DNA from: Balanoglossus misakiensis
Lineage: Eukaryota; Animalia; Hemichordata
DNA: 64,000 nucleotides
Assembly (NCBI GenBank): GCA_040954595.2
Contig: CM082577.2
Span: 12,061,654-12,125,653 of the forward strand
Reading direction: 5' to 3'
Shown: positions 41,101 to 64,000 of the stretch, piece after piece
Layout of the letters: the number at the start of each line of letters is the position of its first letter
How positions within the stretch are numbered: position 1 is the first letter of the stretch
Program-made: the position numbers and the translations under genes
The notes under the pieces: model-generated
What the model was told of the DNA's origin: nothing
The model's database searches: none
The model's input: only the letters and a program-made list of their open reading frames with translations

Positions 41101-44100
41101 TTGTTTGAAACGGCATCTATAATTTCTAAAAGTAGATGATAATTGATACTGAATCGAACAGTCATCATCCCCAGCTCTGCTCATAAACTCATACAATTTA
41201 CAATACAGTAGAACGTCGATTATCCGAACAGCTAGGGGGACAGGCTTTTGGTTCGGTTATGCGATCGGTTCGGATACGCAAACTTAGGGGGGCGGGGTCA
41301 CATCTGACATATAACACGCATACATAAACCTGTCCATAGTAGACAAGACACATCGTTTTCCATTCTATTTTTATTTCTAAGTAAATTTGGATGGTTTCAA
41401 ATACTGCACAAAGTAAAATTATGAGAAAGTAAAAAATAAATAAAAAAATGACGACGTGAGGTCGAGCATGTGACGCTCGCTTCATGACATAGCCATGATG
41501 GCATGGACAGTAATGGCGGAAGCAATGCGATGTCGGTCGGTTCGATGTTTCTCGGCAGATCACTACTGGAATTACAAATGGTGAAATTTCCCAAAACCCA
41601 AGGGTTTTTAAACACTTCTACCGAACTAGTTAACACTTTCAAGTTTTGACAAAATGCCGCGAACGTTTAATGAAGAAGCCGACCATCGGTCGCAACCTTT
41701 TAGCAAGGCTGGCAAAGCTTTGCGGCTGACGAACCGTGCCATTGTCGAGCTGTTTATTTTCACACCTCTTGTGATTGCATCCAAATGATTCATACCCGGG
41801 GATACAAAACATTAACACTTTAATTAAAACAAAAGGCTAATGGGCGGTAAGGTTGTTTAAAGAAATAACTTTTTAAAAGAGGAAAGTGCTGTATGATGCC
41901 TTCCTTTGACAGCGAGGGCCGTGAATATCAAACAATGATTACGCCTAGTACAGGTAGACTTTTAGGGGGACACAGAGTGAGTTCGGATGACCGAACAATG
42001 CGGATAATCGACGTGCGGATAATCGACGTTCTACTGTATAACGAGTGAAGAATGACTTTCTGTCCGGACAGAAAGTCAGGCTCTGTTGACACACGTGACC
42101 ACTGCGCATGCGCACTCAAATGTGAATCTATGCGGAAGAGGTTTGGTCGCCCCAAATCAAGCGACTCAGCGAAGAAATGCGCACTAATTCGGCGAAATTT
42201 TGGGAAGATAACTTTATGGGAGAAATCAGTCGATGGAACCAGATCAAATCCGAAAATGGTCTGACCATCAAATGTCAAAGTGGCACGTTTGCTGATCGAC
42301 ATGTACAACATTTCAGTTGTAAACAAACCCGCGCATCATTTCAAGTGTTACGGGCAATATTTACAGCTTGCACGTAGCTACAGTTGCCCAAACCTTTCTT
42401 CTATCTTCATTATGTAGTATTCCATGATGAATGTACGGGAAAAACGGGCATTTTTCGATGATGAAAAATGGATACACACGAGAAATACTGGGGCTTTAAA
42501 ATAATTGCTATAGTGGGCTTCAGTAACTTCTTACCAAGCAACTAAATGTAGTGCAACTCATAAACGCGCACAAGCATTGCAAGCGACATGGCAGTCTGTA
42601 CATATGTGTACTTGAGAATGGTTGACAAGCACCTTCATTTTGCAAGCCAATGAGAGCAACATAGCAGGCAACTTTTCCATTCACAGAAAGGTAATGCCAA
42701 ATAACTCAGTGTGCTGTGTGATTTATTTTATTACGACAAAACTAGAGCCCATAATTGACTTGGGACATGTCTCGAACTCTCCTCTAAAAAAATCTGTTCA
42801 ACATAAATCTATACAGAAATGAAAATGAAAATACCTTGGTGTGATAGGAGTCTTATCCATTTCTACATCCAGATCTTTGTCTGTAATTGAGTCACCAGTC
42901 TCGGACGCTACTTCGCTGGTTTTATCATCTTCATCAGCACTGGCATGGCCTGGGCTATATCCTGCAAAAATCAAAATACAAGAAGACAGGAATGAGATAA
43001 GTTAGATATAAATATATCTCACCTTATCAACAAATGTCAACACGCACTAAGGTAAGTTAATATCACCAAAAACAGATTTTTTTTTTAATTTCTACAATTC
43101 TAATTTTTGGCTTTCCAGTCTTATAATTTTCTATGGTAAGGGAACTGGGGTGAAAGGGTTAAGATTTGGGAACATACTGCAGGCAGACAATGCGCCCTCT
43201 AAGCCCATACGATGTGCCATTGACTCAACAAACTGAGTGGTGACTCAAGAAAATTATCCACAGTACATGCAAAGGTATAGCGCTGACTCAGAGAATTTTT
43301 TTAGAAATCCTCAAATTGCCTCAAATCTTTTGACAAATGTTTGTTATAGGCCGCACTGACTGCAGGTTAATGATTTAGTATTCTTCAATTCTTCAACTAT
43401 GACAAAGACTGCTACTTATTTGTGGCGAACAAACATGACAAATCCAATCCTACCTGGTTGTGTCAAGTCAGGGGTGCTGCCACTTCTTTGACCTTCAAGA
43501 GAAAACATGGAACCGGCCTTTTTGGGAAGTTTTGTTCCAAAGGCAGTCTGGATGTTCTGTACAAAGGCCACGCATTTAGGATGATCAACCCATACGCGTT
43601 CACCTAAGGAATCTTCAACATAAACCTGTGAAGACAAGAATGAATACCGGTAACCGTTGTTAACCAAGCCAGGGCTGTAGACTTTTTTATGTCATAAAAT
43701 GTTTTTTGCTGCCCCTGAAATGTGAAAGAATTAACTTAAATTTGGTAGACAAGATTTACAATATACAGTACACTCATAATCTTTTTATCATATGCACACT
43801 GACAAAGTCTTGCATCTACACAGAGGGATGGGGCAATTCACCTTACGTTGAACTGTTGGTGACCACTATCCCATGAAATGACATCAGTCCCATCCATAAA
43901 ATAATTATCATCATCAGACAGCCCAAGTGAAGTGGTACAAGGTTCCATAATCACCCCAACCCCGTATAATTTCCTTTTGATTACACTAGAGGATTGCAAT
44001 TCTACCATTTTAGCCAAACAGTGCCTAATAATGCAATTCATTTATTAAAAATAAAGGCTTGGTAGGTTACTACTGGAACAAAGAGTTCCGCTCTATAAGA

Positions 44101-47100
44101 CCCTGTAAGACCACCAAAGAAACTGATCATTATCAAACTATCATAATGATTTATCCTTACCCTAACAAACTGTTCAGGCCAGTTATCTTCCTCAGCAAAT
44201 GCACACTGTAGAATATTACAGACGAGGACAGAGACAAGAGGATTGCCTTTACTCTTGAAACTCATAGCAATGTCTCTCTTCAGTAAGGCACACAATGCCT
44301 GCAATAAAACAAGCAGAAATGTTGAGATCGTCCTGTACACACATAATCAGCATTTTACCTTCAGACAATGTACTGTTTAAAATGAAAATTTTGAGTTAAT
44401 CAGTAGAATTCGCACAAATATTAATTCCATCACGGTTACTAGCCGTGATTCCATGTATAAAATAAAAAATGTTCACTTATATTTGTTTTCTTGTCTTTTC
44501 GTATCAAATATTAGCATAGAGAATAAACTGACAATCCTGCATGCTTAGGTTTTGAACAACACTGGTATTTTGTGGTGAAATGACTTCTATGAAGACAGTG
44601 TTTGTATAAAAATGAGTGGAATATAATATGAAAATAAGTCTAATAGTTTAATCTGGAATAATTATTTGAGTCTCTTGTTCAGATTTGATTTGTCACATCT
44701 GGTACCCAATATGACATGAGCTCAACTCTCTGTAACAAAAATTTATTTCTGAAATCCTATCAAGCTTGCATTGAGTCTGTTTGGGAGCGATTGAGTGAGT
44801 GATTGGGGATTTTATATGTGTGTGCATGCGAGCGTGTGCACATATGTTCATTTCATTCCATCATCAATGCACAAAAAAACGTCCCACGTTGAAACAAAAT
44901 TGAGATGGCAAAGACCAGTTGTTTGTGGAAGACACCCTAGCTGTCGCACAAAGATCATTATTTTCAATCGGTTATGTTGGAATACACCCATTGACCGGAA
45001 GTGTGGTATTTTAGCGATGGGTCTTGTATCATATAAATGCAACTCACAAACAGTGTTTCCAATAGTATTTCTTGGATGTGCACTGCAATAGTTTCCTTGT
45101 CTTTTGAATGCAATTGTCAAAAAATAAACAGAGAGTGGTATTTCGGGAGCAACTTTTTCAAATTTGGCGCTTTCCGCACTTCCAGTATACAGTCAACATA
45201 GCACGATGCGAGATTCGCAATGGATGTACTCCAGTATCAACAGTCGTGACTGCTGCATCTGTGCAACAGTCATGTCTGTCAATTGAAGAATTTCATCAAA
45301 ATGTTCAGTGCAGTAAGTGATACTATTATTAATAGGTGCCAAACGTAACTATGACAAAAGTGTATCATAGACGACAGTTATGACTCAATTTTTCCTTTTA
45401 TTGGATACATTTTTGGTTAAGATATGGCCATGCGTGGACAAGTGCTTCATGAGCAATACATGTACTACATGTAGGTTCTTCCATGCCAGTAGTCCAAATT
45501 ATATGTGAATACAATTACCTGACGAAAATTAAAAATATAAGCATCTTTGATGTCTGAAAACTTGCAAAAGTAATCATATTCGCATTGAGTTAAAGGGACA
45601 AAGTCTCTCTCTCGCTGCCTATTTCCATTAATTATGTTTGATACAAGACACCGTTTATGTTATTCTACATGTGGATATATAGTGAATGAATGTTCGATCG
45701 ACCACACACAACTTCCATCCCGTTTGTAGGATATGAGAGTAAAAACTTGCCCAAAATGAATAAATGGTAAACACCGATTATTCATTTTGGTGAGTTTTTC
45801 ACTCTTGTGTCTAAGTTGGGTGGAAGTTGTGTGTGGTCGAACGTTGATTCACTATATATCCACATGTAAATTAACATAAGCGGTGTCTTGTATCTAACAA
45901 AATAATTGGAAAAAGGGCAGCGAGAGAGAGACTTTGTCCCTTTAAGCTATGCAAAATTTAATCTCACTGAAAGTCGATAGTAGGACTACACGACATGTAT
46001 GTTTTTTTCACATTCCCAGATCATACATGTATAGGCTCCACCAGTGCCATCTACCGGTACAACCTTAGTTTCAAATTGTCACACATCTCTGAAAAGTAAA
46101 ACTTCTATGTACTTACATCTGTTACAATTTCACTTCCACTGAGTAAATACGGTTTACTTTTGCACAGGAACATCAAACTCAGATAGAAAATTGGATCTGG
46201 TTTGGCTCGGTTCTGTTTGAAATTCTTGACACAGCCGCATAACAGGGCGTCCACCTTGTCATCATCCCCCTCACACTCAGCATCTAGAACGTGCTCTATA
46301 AATTCACTGGAAGCCACTGAAAATAAAGAGTAATTCAACAAAGTTTAGAACAGATGTGATAGTACTGATACATGTAAAAAAGGACCAGGCAGTAAAACTG
46401 CCTTGTTTTATATTTTTTAGCTCTTGTACCAAAATCTTTTTTTAAAAACCCAGAAATCACAATAAGATATTCCAGACTATTTAACTCATTTCAAACACTA
46501 CAAATGTACACCTGTTAATTCATAGAATGTAATATATACAATCATATTTTAACATTGCTACAAGACTTTAAGACTTTCTACCCTTCCAGTAAAAGCAATA
46601 ATCAATGGTTGATTCAATCATGGGTGGAATTTTTGTGGAAATTATCAGAACAATATAATTGAACAGAATGTTAAACCCTTATGACAGACAAGAAATCAAG
46701 AGTTTGCAATCACACCGATGAAAATATAAGCTGGAATACACACAGGTGACCTCAAAGTTACCTCGTGCAACATACCTTCAATAGCGATGCTATCTGCAGT
46801 CGGACCAGACAGTTCACTGTCATCTCGCAGACCTTTTCCAAATGCTGTGTGTGACACTGCGAGTTTAGCCTTTTTGATGACTGGAGCAGACAATGATGGA
46901 GATTCCCTCTTTCTGTCTCCTGGGATTAATTTCTGTGAGGATGTTGCTTTGGGATCACTCAACTCTGGTCCACTTGACCTTGACTTGACCCCCAAAGCGA
47001 TGAAATCACCTGGAGGAGGATGGCCTGCAAGAAAAAAATAACACCAAGAATATTAGACCATCGCATACAATATTTCTCGATATCAACACAGGTAACTGTT

Positions 47101-48264
47101 ACGCCACGATAAATGTTCGGACTGTCGTATTTCACTTCATCATTATTACTGAAAAACATTTTTACGCAACTCTTTCACATTTTGTTGGCTCTCGCATAGT
47201 TTGTGAAAATTTCCTGTTTTACAGTATGTTGTGGGAGCCATACGGTGTCAATTTGCTTTGCCTTCTCAGGGGAGGGGGAGGGGCATCAACTTTTTGGCAA
47301 GAACCGCGACAGATTGACCAACAATCCCAGCCCAAATCCCGGTACCCTAGTATTCATGCATGTAGTACACATGAGTACAACATACATAGCTATAGTCTGG
47401 TATCCATACCCCAGTCAGTGTGTTTAAGATAGACTCACATACAAGGTATGTGAGTCACATACACTGTACCTTGTATGTGAGTCTATCTAAAAACACACTG
47501 GGTATGGATACCAGACTAGCACATATACATGTACATCTTAGTTAGGTTCTCAATGCATGGTCACATCTGTGTTGAGCTGAGGGACCACCCAGTTTATATG
47601 TGACTGTGCATGTCGACTGTGATTCAATTAGCTCTGCATACAGGTCTGTGTGTTCCCGGCGTTACACCAGTTTTTTTCTATGGCGCCTTGCAGGGCTGTG
47701 GTGGAGGCCGTGTAAGTTGTAACGCCGGAAACACACAGCCCTGTACGCAGGGTTATGATTCAATGTACTAGACTGGGCACAAATAATGTTTAGTCCTAAA
47801 CAAAATGGCATCTGCGTATTCATAACCAATGTAAAACGTTCATAAACTGCAAACGTACCTCTGCCTCTCGACCCCCCCCCCCAAGCAGTGGCCAGTGGAG
47901 GTGACAGTCGACAGTCCGTGTACAATATACAGTACGCGTCACAGTCGCTTGGGAATTCGTTTCATAAATTCCACCATTTCTAAGTCATTGGCGTGGTGTC
48001 TCAGTGTAACAATTCTCAAGCAACTGTGGTACGCGCGGGGGAACTACATATGTGTTATTGTTTTTGGTACCACTACCACAGTCCCCCCATTCATGGGCAT
48101 GGTCTATGGGGCCCGGGGGGACTGTGGCCAGTGTTAGGCCCCGGTCAGGTGGCGTAATCATGCAATAAAATTCCGTGATATGAAGTAGTTTGCCCATTAC
48201 CTCGTGACTTAAGCTTTCTTGCTGCTGCAGCAGCCATCGAAATTTTACTCCTATCTGTAGCCAT
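11197..48264 (-). CDS. INTS1: Integrator complex subunit 1 (spliced, 47 coding exons, ~2185 aa)
   Basis: GT-AG exons assembled by hand in consistent phase, 5'->3' on minus: 48201-48264, 46776-47024, 46117-46316, 44161-44298, 43454-43625, 42835-42961, 40605-40791, 39483-39628, 36859-37000, 36259-36441, 35593-35701, 34643-34763, 33989-34066, 33167-33324, 32399-32495, 31818-31909, 31620-31680, 31053-31128, 30743-30867, 30052-30181, 29077-29253, 28305-28454, 27571-27801, 27019-27123, 26385-26546, 25582-25693, 24977-25135, 24410-24482, 23863-24038, 23354-23481, 22750-22818, 22195-22374, 21628-21760, 20933-21058 (acceptor uncertain), 18511-18664, 17606-17857, 17114-17201, 16480-16691, 15944-16073, 15354-15487, 14466-14655, 13875-13999, 13184-13422, 12637-12707, 12296-12387, 11863-11972, 11197-11321. 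Recognisable INTS1 peptides: GHPPPGDFIALG, VYVEDSLGERVWVD, RLEMWLQNPKLTRPAQDLLMSVC, EDTLMRVLVIGLSRDLPL, SQSMPWLADLV, LPDWLKLRMIRS, GLLIDWLELLDPE. Confidence 0.96.
13636..13779. mobile_element. Small CAG-ended MITE (hAT/P-like)
   Basis: C(T)GTGTTTTTGTTAA...TTAGCAAAAACACTG, with internal TTACCGGGGTTCCCC repeats and flanks ATGCATA/ATACATA. Confidence 0.55.
19097..20715. mobile_element. Helentron/DINE-1-like non-autonomous element with internal tandem array
   Basis: Short subterminal IR GGTCCCATT (19122) / AATGGGACC (20701), a 3' stem-loop at 20674-20710, an (ACAT/CCAT/ACAG)n microsatellite at ~20587-20658, A-runs at the ends and a central ~239-bp array. Confidence 0.65.
19256..20160. repeat. 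Tandem array of ~239-bp units (about 3.8 copies)
   Basis: The unit start TGCTCTGGATGCC recurs at 19256, 19495, 19735 and 19973. Confidence 0.95.
20806..20894. mobile_element. Small piggyBac-like MITE (CCCTTTCACC..GGTGAAAGGG); fragments also at ~30520, ~39360 and ~43150
   Basis: CCCTTTCACC / GGTGAAAGGGTT inverted ends. Other copies end in AAAGGGTTAA. Confidence 0.5.
22501..22691. mobile_element. Kolobok-like MITE
   Basis: TTAA|AGGTATACAGTCACCT...AGGTGACAATATACCT|TTAA. Confidence 0.75.
32861..33147. mobile_element. Degenerate palindromic Kolobok-like MITE
   Basis: Inverted arms AAGTTCAG..CAGCTGATTTCTACAT..GAGGTCACTTTTTCAGG versus their complements, ending CCCCTTTAA. Confidence 0.65.
37251..39074. 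mobile_element. 1.8-kb non-autonomous TIR element with 4-bp TTTA TSD, inserted in a pogo/Tigger-like MITE
   Basis: TIR CAGTCAGATCGCACGG / CCGTGCGATCTGACTG with TTTA on both sides. The flanks 37212-37250 and 39075-39170 rejoin into the CAGTCAAACCTG-type MITE. Confidence 0.8.
39849..40505. mobile_element. Composite MITE (TACTGTAAAACAC..GTGTTTTACAGTA) containing two nested palindromic elements
   Basis: 19-bp outer IR. Inner 32-bp IR element at 40051-40179. Second inner IR TTATTATACATCT..AGATGTATAATAA at ~40182-40491. Confidence 0.7.
41206..42036. mobile_element. pogo/Tigger-like (Tc1-mariner) MITE
   Basis: TIR CAGTAGAACGTCGATTATCCG / CGGATAATCGACGTTCTACTG with TA TSD. Confidence 0.85.
45594..45941. 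mobile_element. Kolobok-like palindromic MITE, copy 1
   Basis: TTAA|AGGGACAAAGTCTCTCTCTCGCTGCC...CTTTGTCCCT|TTAA. The element is almost entirely a long inverted repeat. Confidence 0.85.
47393..47518. mobile_element. TAGTCTGGTATCC-ended palindromic MITE; related copy at ~60577-60872
   Basis: TAGTCTGGTATCCATACCC...GGGTATGGATACCAGACTA with an inner palindrome GACTCACATACAAGGT/ACCTTGTATGTGAGTC. Confidence 0.7.
47629..47755. mobile_element. TAG..(C/T)TA-ended MITE (Academ-like); related copies at ~853-935, ~8696-8730 and ~48982-49046
   Basis: Arms TAGCYCTGCRTACAGGTCTGTGTGTTCCCGGCGTTACA and the inverse. The same sequence recurs at the listed sites. Confidence 0.7.
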
Positions 48265-48659
48265 TGTGTTTCTTTTTCGAGTTTTATGTCTTGTCTCTTT
48301 TCAGACCCCCTAGGAGTCTACAAACTATTAACTATCGTATATCTGTCAAATAAACAGCACTGTGCATTGTACAGTTAAATTTAAGGGTTTCCGTGGTTAT
48401 CTAAAGTTAATTTGTGAGATTAAAGTATATCTTATGCGACAAAATAAGTCTTCTAACTTATTCTCGATAGGTGTACATACTGTAAACACAAACATTGTTA
48501 TGTGGTCCCATGACGTCATAGGCAGCCATATTCCGACGTCAGGAAGTTACCTGTGAGATTGATATTTTTACCCATTTATTTTTGGATTTTCTGTGGGTGA
48601 AGTCTGTCGAACAGATGCATCACAAGTTCGAAAGATTAGCTTAACTTAGTGCGGTTTTG
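48265..48659. promoter_or_regulatory. Putative bidirectional promoter shared by INTS1 and TMEM184B
   Basis: The two ATGs diverge about 395 bp apart. The interval has a full CRE palindrome TGACGTCA (48511-48518), a YY1-like GCCAT, a half CRE (GACGTCA) and an ETS-like AGGAAGT at about 48535-48547. Confidence 0.65.
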
Positions 48660-63666
<15,007 letters not shown>

Positions 63667-64000
63667 TTGAAGATCACCCCTGTGTCGTTCGGTAGTGATG
63701 GTGTAACCCACAGGACAGGACATGGCATGGACTAATCCATTTTGCTGTTAGGGGGGAATGGCGTGATCGATGTGTCTCTTTAATGTACATGCATGGTGTA
63801 ATTGTAGACATTTGAACAGTGAGAACACAGTGTATCCACGTTGATGTAACCCTGATACTTTTTTATGTATATAGCATATTTGTCAATTACACTGAATGGT
63901 TTGCAAGTGCTTGTATAACCCTTTGTGAACTGTCTGCAGATATCAGAAAATTCACTTCCAAACATTTCATCAAATGAACTCAAAAATGTGTGTGGTTTGC

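Overview
This is eukaryotic, intron-rich, AT-rich animal DNA. The intron architecture, TE families and TACATGTA enrichment suggest a marine invertebrate deuterostome such as a hemichordate, but that is inference. Two protein-coding genes sit head-to-head about 395 bp apart. INTS1 (Integrator complex subunit 1) lies on the minus strand at 11197-48264; I reconstructed 47 coding exons by hand, giving about 2185 aa. A TMEM184B-like transporter lies on the plus strand at 48660-63666, with 7 coding exons and 437 aa. The first ~10 kb is a dense transposon nest. It holds a TG..CA TIR element with a 6-bp TSD plus a truncated local copy, a triple nest (Harbinger-like TIR element > second TIR element > 5'-truncated L2/CR1-group LINE with an open RT frame), and a Gypsy-type solo LTR. 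The introns carry many MITEs (Kolobok-, pogo/Tigger-, hAT/P-, Academ-, piggyBac-like) and a Helentron/DINE-like element with a ~239-bp tandem array. Almost all short ORFs in the supplied track are exon read-throughs or noise. I found no CRISPR arrays, rRNA or tRNA genes, and no convincing new multi-gene system; the most unusual signals are TE structural oddities.
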